Of a stretch of DNA of 64,000 nucleotides, positions 41,709 to 50,294 are shown piece by piece. The notes beneath the pieces are model-generated. The model was not told the DNA's origin, made no database searches, and saw only the letters and a list, made by a program, of their open reading frames with translations. Made by a program: the position numbers and the translations under genes. Positions within the stretch are counted from its first letter, which is position 1. Every line of letters starts with the position of its first letter. Source of the DNA: a virus (Duplodnaviria > Heunggongvirae > Uroviricota > Caudoviricetes). Location of the stretch: the IMG/VR virus record IMGVR_UViG_3300025364_000002, one strand, 5' to 3'.

Positions 41709-41819
41709 AAATTTCCCATTCCATTACCCATTGGACTTGAAGTGTCACGACTTGGCATGAACATTAAGGACTTGTAACCAACTTGCCGCTTCTGATATTC
41801 GGGGACACCTGGGAAATTT
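41709..41819 (-). ncRNA. structured ncRNA with 10-bp closing stem and four CAAGT repeats
   Basis: AAATTTCCCA/TGGGAAATTT; GTGTC/GACAC; CAAGT four times. Confidence 0.6.
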
Positions 41820-41894
41820 GGCATCTCTGGTAGGACTCGAACCTACACCCTACCGGGTAGAAGCCGGTGGCTCTTCCAATTGAGCTTCAGAGAC
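41819..41894 (-). tRNA. tRNA-Arg(TCT)
   Basis: Canonical, CCA. Confidence 0.94.
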
Positions 41895-41978
41895 AAAAAC
41901 CTGCCCAGATTAGGACTGCACTATCCAATCCAGCTCCATAAAGGTTTTTAGCGGTTTATTGACCGACAGGTATTTTAG

Positions 41979-42052
41979 CAGGCCACCAGAGACTCGAACT
42001 CTGACCTTCCGGTTTTGGAGACCGGCGTGCTACGCAATTACACCAATGACCT
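41979..42052 (-). tRNA. tRNA-Trp(CCA)
   Basis: Canonical. Confidence 0.92.
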
Positions 42053-42061
42053 ATTATTTAG

Positions 42062-42149
42062 TGGGCCCCTAGGGATTCGAACCCTAAATGGGGATTGGTT
42101 ACCCGCCTGGTTAAGAGCCAGGTGCCTTCAACCGTTCAGCCAGAGACCC
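42062..42149 (-). tRNA. tRNA-Lys(CTT) with long variable arm
   Basis: Loop CTCTTAA, variable hairpin GGG-TAACCAAT-CCC. Confidence 0.85.
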
Positions 42150-42156
42150 ATGTTAG

Positions 42157-42228
42157 CGGGGCAGGTTGGATTCGAACCAACACTTTCTAGCTTCAGCTAG
42201 ACGTGCTACCAATTAACACTACCGCCCC
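42157..42228 (-). tRNA. atypical tRNA with 6-nt anticodon loop (CTGAAG)
   Basis: All stems perfect, G73, loop one nt short. Confidence 0.6.
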
Positions 42229-42306
42229 AAAAGCGTATTCAGTTGTCAAAGAGAACTATACTTTTGTAGCCTCAGGAAGCGCTACAAACAAATAAAAAGA
42301 TTTTAG

Positions 42307-42379
42307 TGACCCCAGGGGGACTTGAACCCGCCACCTCATGCTTGAGAGGCATGCCACCTACCATTAGTTAGATGGGGCC
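42307..42379 (-). tRNA. tRNA-Glu(CTC)
   Basis: Loop CTCTCAA; weak D stem. Confidence 0.85.
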
Positions 42380-42430
42380 AAAAAGATTTGATTGTGTAAA
42401 ATCGTTCTCTGTTTCAAGAACGTAAGATAC

Positions 42431-42459
42431 AGTGTAGTACGTTATAAATAGGATGTCAA
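42431..42459 (-). promoter_or_regulatory. sigma70-like promoter at the head of the tRNA array
   Basis: TTGACA-17 bp-TACACT, with a CTATTTA motif in the spacer. Confidence 0.7.
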
Positions 42460-42559
42460 CCGGTTTTTTCCGGCCCCTGTGATTTTTCTCTCTTCGATTT
42501 CATCGAAAATTTATTTCTCACAGGGATTATGACAACTTAGACGCCTTATTTGTATTGAG

Positions 42560-42874
42560 TCAGGCTTCAGTTTTTGTCAATTGACGTTGAGCATGCTCTC
42601 CCGAGCCTTCAATTGCTGTTCCAGAACCCGATTCGCTTTCAGCATCAATCCATTCAATTACAGTCTTTCCACCATGTCCATGAATGTGGATCATTTCCAC
42701 TGTACTATGGTAAATACCAATACTCCGAGTATCAGTAAGCCAACTAATGACACACTGTCCGTCGGAGAACTTGATACCTTCGGCTACATAACCAGTGCCC
42801 GAAACACCACTCTCATCTTCATTACGCTTGAGGCGAAATCGACGAAGTTCTACTTTCCTTTTAGGTTCAGCCAT
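42560..42874 (-). CDS. conserved hypothetical protein
   Basis: RRFRLKRNEDESGVSGTGYVAEG..FSDG motif; RBS AGGAG. Confidence 0.75.
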   Translation of the reverse strand: MAEPKRKVELRRFRLKRNEDESGVSGTGYVAEGIKFSDGQCVISWLTDTRSIGIYHSTVEMIHIHGHGGKTVIEWIDAESESGSGTAIEGSGEHAQRQLTKTEA

Positions 42875-42951
42875 TGCTAGCTCCTGTTGTTTTAAGAAGG
42901 AGATGATTGGAGAATAACCCAGAACACCTAAGATGTGAACCAAAAAATTTC

Positions 42952-43311
42952 TTAGAGATATCCACATGTTGCAAATAACAATAAATTTGCTACAAACCAC
43001 ACCATTAATATAGCATACAAAACAAAAGTGAAAACAATACCAAATGTAGCCAAAGGTTGAGAACGAATTTTATAAAGAAAAGCAACTAGGATAGGTATTA
43101 TTACAAGTTTAAAGCCTAGAAACCATAATACACCCTTTTCCATAAGGAAGCCCATTACGGGGTTCGCTTCGGTGGCAATTCCCTTAAAAAGGATCAAATA
43201 CCAAGAAAGACCACCATCAATGAAATTAAAAAGGATAAGCAATATTGCTATTACAAGCAGCACCCGATCGCTTGTAATCCATGATTTAAACAATTTCCAA
43301 CGTTCATTCAC
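42952..43311 (-). CDS. DUF5658-like membrane protein
   Basis: Hydrophobic segments with D..LS and TEANPVM. Confidence 0.72.
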   Translation of the reverse strand: MNERWKLFKSWITSDRVLLVIAILLILFNFIDGGLSWYLILFKGIATEANPVMGFLMEKGVLWFLGFKLVIIPILVAFLYKIRSQPLATFGIVFTFVLYAILMVWFVANLLLFATCGYL

Positions 43312-43348
43312 ATTAGAAGTATTGAATCATACCATAACAAAAGAATAA

Positions 43349-43876
43349 TCAAGCAGCACCAACTCCGGCGGCTCCGGCGGCTTGTTGTGCTCCAGGCATT
43401 GGAGCAGTTTGCTGTGCTGCTTCAGGTGGTGGTCCTGGGGGTGTTGGTTGTTGCTGCTGGGCCTGTCCTTGTTGTGTCTGTTGTTCAATATCATCTACAC
43501 CGGTCACAAGCTTAGCAATTTGACTGAGAAGATTATCAAGATTTGATTTTTCCTCTTCTTCTAGATTTTTAAAGAACGTGACAAGCGTACCATAAACTTC
43601 GGGGTCGGTAAACGAACGACCACCTCTGATAGTATTTAGTTCGTCTATCATATCATCAACAGTATATTGGTTGGGAACTTCAGTATCAGGCGTAGCTACC
43701 GGCGGCGGGTCCCCGACCTCAGGTTGAGGTACTTGTTGATCTGCGGGTTGTTGAGCGACTGGTTGATTTGCAGCTTGTTCCGCCAATACATTTATTACAG
43801 CTTCTTCGATCATGTTTTTAATAAAGCGTTGGCGTCGCTCTTTGTGAATTTTGTACTCTTTTCTGAGTTCGCTCAT
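43349..43876 (-). CDS. hypothetical Gln/Pro-rich protein
   Basis: 175-aa ORF, LNTIRGGRSF core. Confidence 0.75.
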   Translation of the reverse strand: MSELRKEYKIHKERRQRFIKNMIEEAVINVLAEQAANQPVAQQPADQQVPQPEVGDPPPVATPDTEVPNQYTVDDMIDELNTIRGGRSFTDPEVYGTLVTFFKNLEEEEKSNLDNLLSQIAKLVTGVDDIEQQTQQGQAQQQQPTPPGPPPEAAQQTAPMPGAQQAAGAAGVGAA

Positions 43877-43908
43877 TGCAAATCCTTATTTTACTTTGAT
43901 AAGTATCA

Positions 43909-44472
43909 TTACCAATGGATTGATCCAAAGACGATTTCCACGTAAGCAATATCTTTATGACGTTTTGAACACATTGGAGAAATCTTAACTCGCTCTAATT
44001 TTTGCGAAGTTATTCCCTTGCTTCCTTTAGGCGGAACATGTTCAAATTTTTCTCCATTATTCCATTCAATAATAGATTTAAGTAATAATATACGTTTTCC
44101 TTGTACCCCCGAGCGAGCTTGTGCTTTTAACATAATTTGTTGAAGTTTCATGGCCTCAGTAAATCGCATCATCAATTTGTAACAACTAGTATGCTCAATT
44201 ACTTCCGAGCGGCGGTAATCTCCCTTGAAATAATAAACACGTTTAGCAAATTTGAGAACGAACGTAATAGTAGGTCTGAGTCGGGATTGTGTTTGGTCCG
44301 ACTTTTTTTCATTTTTAGTTAATTGATTGCTCAGTAAATTAGCGTAGGGACTTTTGACAATCAACTCGACCTGTTGGTTTTTTTCAACCATGTTTTCAGT
44401 ATCAAGTTGTTCGAAATCAACATCTTCACTTACTATGTAAGTTTCACCATCTAAATTTACTTTTTTGGGCAT
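43909..44472 (-). CDS. hypothetical protein
   Basis: 187-aa ORF. Confidence 0.65.
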   Translation of the reverse strand: MPKKVNLDGETYIVSEDVDFEQLDTENMVEKNQQVELIVKSPYANLLSNQLTKNEKKSDQTQSRLRPTITFVLKFAKRVYYFKGDYRRSEVIEHTSCYKLMMRFTEAMKLQQIMLKAQARSGVQGKRILLLKSIIEWNNGEKFEHVPPKGSKGITSQKLERVKISPMCSKRHKDIAYVEIVFGSIHW

Positions 44473-44490
44473 GTGTATGAGTATGAATTA

Positions 44491-44769
44491 TCAAAAAAAT
44501 TCTTGATAAATTTCTTCTATTTCTATTAGAACTTCTCGTACTTTTTCTTTCATTATTGGTTCATATACGAGCATAACATCAACGATATTTTCATTATAGG
44601 ATGGCGAAGCCTGCATATGAATTTCCTTGTGGGTTTTAATCTTGGTAAGCTTTACAAGGAAAGATTTTGCTTCGTATTCAACATTAAATTGAAATGCTTT
44701 AAAACACTAAAGGGTGGCTTGGAACTGCCACCCTTGCTTTTTATCGAAATTCGATAAATTTTCGCTCAT
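44491..44769 (-). pseudogene. ORF of 92 codons with an internal TAG at codon 21
   Basis: MSENLSNFDKKQGWQFQATL*CFKAFQF...IEEIYQEFF fills an otherwise empty 300-bp gap. Confidence 0.45.
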
Positions 44770-44770
44770 A

Positions 44771-45637
44771 TCAATCTTTCTTTTTCTTAGGTCTTCCACG
44801 CTTACCAGGAGGGAATACCTTTTTGGACACGAGGGACTGATAACTTTTGAAGAGGTTATCATCATCCTCGATGTCCTGCAAAAGAATGAGCATGATGTTT
44901 TCTAGTGGCTTTGACTTCAGGATTTCCAATCCCTCAAGTTCTTCGGGTTCGATAATCTTGAGATCCGTAGGAGTAAGAACCTGGCCTTTAGCCAGGTTTC
45001 GAAGAAATTCTGCGACCGAAGACGCAGACTTTAACATTTCAGCAAATTCAGCTGCGCCTTCGGCACGAGCTGCCTTGATCTTACGAAGAAATGCTTCCAA
45101 ATCTTCATCGTCTAGATCTTCAGGGTGTTTCCCACCTGTAAGCTTTGCAAACTTACCCATACCAGATGTTGCAAGCTTGTTAATCATAGTAGGTGTAACA
45201 CCACCAAGCTCTTTGCCAATATCCTTGAGTGAAACATCTCCAGTTTGATACTTGGCCTTTTCATCATCTTCTTCTGATTCATCCCGAGTGTCAAGATCAT
45301 CAGCAGCAGAACCAAGCTTAGCTGTAAGATCAACTTTGGCCTTCCAGAGATTAACCAAGTTCCTTGGAGAAGAAGGGAAAAGTTTACCACCTTTTGCAGA
45401 ACTAATATAGTCTAAAACATTGTTCTGAGTTACAGAAGGATCATACCAAGGCTTATCTTCATGCTTGACAGGATCAAAATACTGCCTCATGATCCATGCC
45501 TTAAATTCACCCATTTGAGATTTAGGCACCTTATTAAAGAGGGGATTGACGTCTTCTTTCAAAGCCCTCTGAACCTCTTCCTTGACAAGTTCTGCAATAC
45601 GATTGCGAAGTGTTGTTACTGGAGTCTTCTTAGCCAT
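44771..45637 (-). CDS. hypothetical protein
   Basis: 288-aa ORF. Confidence 0.8.
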   Translation of the reverse strand: MAKKTPVTTLRNRIAELVKEEVQRALKEDVNPLFNKVPKSQMGEFKAWIMRQYFDPVKHEDKPWYDPSVTQNNVLDYISSAKGGKLFPSSPRNLVNLWKAKVDLTAKLGSAADDLDTRDESEEDDEKAKYQTGDVSLKDIGKELGGVTPTMINKLATSGMGKFAKLTGGKHPEDLDDEDLEAFLRKIKAARAEGAAEFAEMLKSASSVAEFLRNLAKGQVLTPTDLKIIEPEELEGLEILKSKPLENIMLILLQDIEDDDNLFKSYQSLVSKKVFPPGKRGRPKKKKD

Positions 45638-45726
45638 ATAACCTTTCCCCGTTTCTCAGTGAGGTACGCACTATACCTCATAAGTATCGTGGTGTGAACC
45701 CTTTTCTTAAGGGGTTATTTTTATAG

Positions 45727-46011
45727 TTATGCTACGTCGTCATCTGAGGAATTCCGACCACGCTCACGTTCACCGACACCTTCAGCTGTGACTTTGCCGT
45801 TGTTGCTGGTCCATCGTCTACCAAAATAAAGTGCTAAAATGGGTGACAAGTAAGCCATGGCAGTTGCTGCGTCAAAAGCTGGTACTGGTACGCCAAAAGG
45901 CGATGCAATAAGCCAAGCTAATAACCAAAAAGTTACAGTAACGAAAGAAATAACCGACATTGTCAAGGAAGCACTTGGCTCACCTTCAGTATTTTTGATC
46001 CAAATTCCCAT
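45727..46011 (-). CDS. small membrane protein, holin-like
   Basis: Two TM segments and a charged C-terminus next to murein hydrolases. Confidence 0.55.
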   Translation of the reverse strand: MGIWIKNTEGEPSASLTMSVISFVTVTFWLLAWLIASPFGVPVPAFDAATAMAYLSPILALYFGRRWTSNNGKVTAEGVGERERGRNSSDDDVA

Positions 46012-46072
46012 TTTTACCTCTTGTTGAGGTAAATATATTGTTATGAAAGTTTAGGTATAATATTTCAAATTA

Positions 46073-46777
46073 TTAAAGATCAAATTCAATTCCATATAAT
46101 ACATCTTCACACATTAGCGGATGTATTTCACAGACATCAACATCTTCAATAGCTTCGGCATTTTGTTGAAGTTCCCTCATGTTTCGCAGTACGTGCCTTG
46201 CAAAACGAGGAGAGTTTCCACAACGACCACCAATATATCTTTGAAGACCTCGTCTAACATTGTTTGAACAGCGTTCAATAGAAGCTCTTAATATTGTCGC
46301 AGAATTTGCAATGATAGACTCTTGACAAGCATCCGGTTGCTGCCGACATGTCCGTCTATAATCAATGCTAGTAAAAAATCGATCGTATCGTCGATAACTT
46401 GTATCAAAGGGAATCCCCATAATTCCGCTTGCTAAATTTTCTTCAATATTAAATGGATTAAAATTAGAAGCTTCAATAGCTAATCCCAACAAAAGCCATG
46501 GATCTAAATCGTTTCGCCTCGCCTCTCTGAAAATCAAATTGACTAAAGCTTCAACACGACTTTCACAGCCCATTGGCGCATATTCGTCTCTGCAAAAATT
46601 CATATATTCACCATTGGGCAACCTTAGGTGATTCAATACTACTTCTTTTGCTTTGTTTTTTTGATTATATGAATACATCGTGTCCATTGGGTCATCACCG
46701 ACTTGTGCAAATGTCGTCGATGGTATTAAAAAGAACAATATCAACATAATTTTTTTCATGTAAATTCTCATATGCAT
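46073..46777 (-). CDS. secreted SLT-like transglycosylase paralog
   Basis: Signal peptide; LDPWLLLGLAIEASNFNP resembles the paralog's DPWLLAAIAWHESRFNP. Confidence 0.65.
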   Translation of the reverse strand: MHMRIYMKKIMLILFFLIPSTTFAQVGDDPMDTMYSYNQKNKAKEVVLNHLRLPNGEYMNFCRDEYAPMGCESRVEALVNLIFREARRNDLDPWLLLGLAIEASNFNPFNIEENLASGIMGIPFDTSYRRYDRFFTSIDYRRTCRQQPDACQESIIANSATILRASIERCSNNVRRGLQRYIGGRCGNSPRFARHVLRNMRELQQNAEAIEDVDVCEIHPLMCEDVLYGIEFDL

Positions 46778-46840
46778 TAATAACTGGCGACCACACTATC
46801 ATGCAATGTTGATCTTGTTGAACACCAATACTCTTCTAAA

Positions 46841-47587
46841 TCATTCCTTGACGAAAATGCGTTCATTATTCGGTTGCGTAAAAACAAAAAAATTATTTTC
46901 TACAATCGCCTTTGCTCGGTTTGTAATATCTGCCATGGCAGCAAATACGGCTCTGGGGTATCGACGAGGTCCATTGCATCTACCTGAATTGTACATTCTT
47001 AACCCATCATGAACGGAGCCACAATGTTCGATAGAACGCTTAAGCCAATACACTGCTCGCTCTACAATCGGTCGTTGACAGGAACCAAATTCTCTACGGC
47101 ATTGTTGTCTATACCAACGTTGTCGAACGAATTGAAGCCCTTGAGACCAGCGAGACCGACGAAGTATCTGCACTAAACCCACAGCGCCTTCACTAGATTC
47201 AGCAAATGGATTGAACCGAGATTCATGCCAGGCAATGGCTGCAAGTAACCAAGGATCAAATCCTGCCTGTATTGACACATCAAAAATGTAGTCAACCAGC
47301 ACAGAAATTTCTTTTTCGCAACCATAAGTTAGTTGACGACAGTGTCTAGCGTATATTTGACTATCATCTGCCGGTCTAGTCCACACTGTTAGTTTTTGCA
47401 GAACAGCATTTGTCATAAGCGTCCTATCCACAGCAAATTCAGCTTGATCTATTTCAGAAATTTCATATTCGTATGAATAGCATCCTTCGCCGCTTCTTTC
47501 ATCACATTCGGTTGCCTGTGCGACTCCAATTGACGTGGTAAAAACAACTGTCAAAAAGGCAGTCATTGCCACTTGAAAAGTTTTCAT
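46841..47587 (-). CDS. lytic transglycosylase (SLT domain), secreted
   Basis: AIAWHESRFNPFAESSEGAVGLVQI, YNSG. Confidence 0.85.
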   Translation of the reverse strand: MKTFQVAMTAFLTVVFTTSIGVAQATECDERSGEGCYSYEYEISEIDQAEFAVDRTLMTNAVLQKLTVWTRPADDSQIYARHCRQLTYGCEKEISVLVDYIFDVSIQAGFDPWLLAAIAWHESRFNPFAESSEGAVGLVQILRRSRWSQGLQFVRQRWYRQQCRREFGSCQRPIVERAVYWLKRSIEHCGSVHDGLRMYNSGRCNGPRRYPRAVFAAMADITNRAKAIVENNFFVFTQPNNERIFVKE

Positions 47588-47590
47588 ATT

Positions 47591-48340
47591 TCACCTAAGT
47601 TGGTTGAGAATGCAATTCTCAATACGAGGGATTACCCTACTAGCCCAATCGTTTGCACCCTCAAAAGTAAAATGTAAGCCATCCCCCGTTCTACCAAAAG
47701 TTCCGGTGATATCTCTTGATTCAATATAATGTTCTGGTCCAACTACCTCATGAATAATTCTTGCAGCTTGATCTCTGCCTCGTTGTTTTTCTCTCGCTCG
47801 TTCGTCATCTCCGACAATTACAGCAGGGGATATCCAACAGTAACTAACTGTTTGCCCCGATGGCTTGTTCGCCTCAGCTTTTTCTCTAATATATTCCCAG
47901 AGCTGCTCAACCTCATTATGATAATTTGGATTTCTGGACCGTTGCCAATCATTGCCACCAAGTTCAATTAAAACTAAAGTAGGTTGATGATTCCCCATAA
48001 AACGATTAATATTATGTCGATGTACCCACCAATTTCTCACGCCCCAACCAGGTTGTCCTGCACGAGCATAATAACTAGCACCTGCGCCAGTAACGTGTGC
48101 AAGCATTGCCACTCCAAAAGAACCAGCGACTTGTGAATTTCCCAAAAGAAAAACTCTCTGATTGTCAATAGGAGATCTCGGGGAGCCTTGAGCCTCAACA
48201 TATTCATTTGAATATGAGTCCTCCTGGGCTAAACTTGGCAAGGCTACGACTAATATTAGTGTTGCAAAACTAACAAAATAAACTATGGCACTTAATCGTT
48301 TCATCAAAACTCCGACAGTTAAACTGTATCGCTCACACAT
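47591..48340 (-). CDS. SGNH/GDSL hydrolase, secreted
   Basis: LLGNSQ, ELGGND, DGLHF. Confidence 0.8.
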   Translation of the reverse strand: MCERYSLTVGVLMKRLSAIVYFVSFATLILVVALPSLAQEDSYSNEYVEAQGSPRSPIDNQRVFLLGNSQVAGSFGVAMLAHVTGAGASYYARAGQPGWGVRNWWVHRHNINRFMGNHQPTLVLIELGGNDWQRSRNPNYHNEVEQLWEYIREKAEANKPSGQTVSYCWISPAVIVGDDERAREKQRGRDQAARIIHEVVGPEHYIESRDITGTFGRTGDGLHFTFEGANDWASRVIPRIENCILNQLR

Positions 48341-48345
48341 AAATT

Positions 48346-48621
48346 TTAACGTTTTTCTTCATGAAGATATAACACATTGCTTTCATCTGCCACAACAACT
48401 TCAAAGTTATTGCGTGATAGATCGTAAGATACGCCTACAGGTACTTTCCACACAGAGTTAGACTCTTTTTTTTGCATTTTTTCTTGCAGTGCTTCTAAAT
48501 CACGTATAATCAACTCTATTCTTGCAGGTGTAAGAAGTTGTCCAAGATGCTTTTCATAAAGCTGACTTGTATACCACATCAACGCTTTTGTCATGTGAGA
48601 TTTTATGATTCTTAACTTCAT
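48346..48621 (-). CDS. hypothetical protein
   Basis: 91-aa ORF. Confidence 0.6.
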   Translation of the reverse strand: MKLRIIKSHMTKALMWYTSQLYEKHLGQLLTPARIELIIRDLEALQEKMQKKESNSVWKVPVGVSYDLSRNNFEVVVADESNVLYLHEEKR

Positions 48622-48637
48622 ATTCTATAGTATTAGC

Positions 48638-48874
48638 TCATTTGTCAGACTTGTTCGATTTTGCTTCATGTAGTCGAATCATCCACCAATTAGCGATTCC
48701 ACCCATAAGAAAACAAATTCCATTGGCAAGAAAAAGCTGTGCATACACGTGAGATAAACCGATAAAAAAACATACAAGTGCAAAAATCATGTTCAGGACA
48801 ACCATAAACAAACAAAACTTGTACATGCGATGAGGGTTTAGAATTTGTTTTAATTTATTGATCGTCTTCATCAA
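48638..48874 (-). CDS. small membrane protein
   Basis: Two hydrophobic segments. Confidence 0.6.
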   Translation of the reverse strand: MMKTINKLKQILNPHRMYKFCLFMVVLNMIFALVCFFIGLSHVYAQLFLANGICFLMGGIANWWMIRLHEAKSNKSDK

Positions 48875-49148
48875 ACTTTATACCAAAATAATTGATTGGT
48901 ACTACCATACCCGGATTATCATCTGATATGAATAAGCAATAGTGAAACCACCAGTCAAATGTGTTGGGATAGATATAATCTCTGCTACGACAGTTCCGAC
49001 ATGACCATCCCAAACTGCATCTGTAGACCAAAACATACCCCTCTGTATCCGGGTTTTTTGTTGAGCATCTTTTTCTCGAAGATAACCCCGTCTTTAACTT
49101 TTCTCATTTAATAGCCTGATGATATTCTTCAGTGTATACGGTATAGGA

Positions 49149-49829
49149 TTACTTTAATCCTGTTATTTTACCACGATAATAATCTTTGTAGGATATTTTC
49201 TTACCAGTAATGTGACAACTTACAATGTTGTGCTTTACCTGGATGGTGCGAATCTTATCTCCACGCATTCCGGAGCCGACCTGTTCTTGACGAATTTGCT
49301 CACGCTTTTTCGAATATATTTTTTTCTTTTCACTTAAGAGCTTTGCTTTTAAGATTGCAAGAGCATTTTCTCGGTTAGTTTTTTGACTTTTTGAACTCTC
49401 AGCTCTTACAGTAACACCAGATGGTAGATGTGTTAACTGAACAGCGGTTGCATTCTTGTTTCGATGTTGGCCACCAGGCCCACTTCCGCAAGTAAACGAT
49501 TCTTTTAAATCCTTAGGATCTATATGAATTTCCTGCTGCTTTGCCTCAGGTAACACAGCTACCGTAATAGTGCTGGTATGTACTCGCCCACGTTTTTCGG
49601 TTGGTGGTACACGTTGCCAACGCAAGCCACCAGCTTCACTTTCAAAGAATCTTATTACTCCTTTTCCAGAAACCTTAAAAACAACAATATTTTCGTTAAT
49701 TGTTATTTCTTCTATAGAAAAATTCATAAGATTACAAGCTTTCCCATAAATTCCAAATTGTACGTGTATCAAATCACGGGCATCGGCACCACCCTCTCCG
49801 GGCCTTATTTCTACAATTATACTTTCCAT
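49149..49829 (-). CDS. short class I peptide chain release factor (RF1-like, PrfH-sized)
   Basis: EIRPGEGG, QRVPPTEKRGRVHTST, GPGGQHRNK, KIRT. Confidence 0.88.
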   Translation of the reverse strand: MESIIVEIRPGEGGADARDLIHVQFGIYGKACNLMNFSIEEITINENIVVFKVSGKGVIRFFESEAGGLRWQRVPPTEKRGRVHTSTITVAVLPEAKQQEIHIDPKDLKESFTCGSGPGGQHRNKNATAVQLTHLPSGVTVRAESSKSQKTNRENALAILKAKLLSEKKKIYSKKREQIRQEQVGSGMRGDKIRTIQVKHNIVSCHITGKKISYKDYYRGKITGLK

Positions 49830-50097
49830 TTTTTTCTCCTATTTGGAGAGAGGAAATAGATATCAACACCAGACCAACTCCATGTCCTGAATGTTCTTCT
49901 GAAGAACCATTTCGTAATGGGTTCTATCGTGGACGTGCTGGTGTCAAACAAGCTCAACGTATGATTTGTAAAACTTGCAACTATAAATGGAAGATAAAGG
50001 TCAAAGCCAATCCAATAAGCTGATTTGTACAAGCTTGTACGAGTTATCACACTCAGCAGCACGGATTTCTACGATAATTGACATTTTCTTCTCCTGT

Positions 50098-50173
50098 TGG
50101 TGCCCAGGAAGGGATTCGAACCCTCACTGTGCCGGTTCTGAGCCGACTGCCTCTGCCATTGGGCTACCTGGGC
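50098..50173 (-). tRNA. tRNA-Leu(CAG), short variable arm
   Basis: Loop CTCAGAA, CCA. Confidence 0.92.
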
Positions 50174-50294
50174 GTGCGACAGCGTACCCTATAAGTATAC
50201 TGTCTTTTACTCTATTGTTCCAAACTTAGGAATAGCCGATCAATGCCAATGGTCCAACCGACACCTTCACAATTTTCGCTCCTTAAAAGATTCC

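Noticed and set aside
30690-42200. Short ORFs overlapping tRNA/ncRNA genes (e.g. 33161..33373, 36548..36748, 40812..41081, 41216..41488) and N-terminal extensions of real ORFs into tRNAs
   Set aside because: They translate RNA genes (tell-tale GSIP/GFEP peptides); starts were moved downstream.
37660-42380. HDV-like theta ribozymes directly 3' of tRNAs
   Set aside because: I could not build the nested double pseudoknot (P1/P1.1/P2/P3/P4) in any spacer by eye; a pattern search would be needed to exclude them fully.
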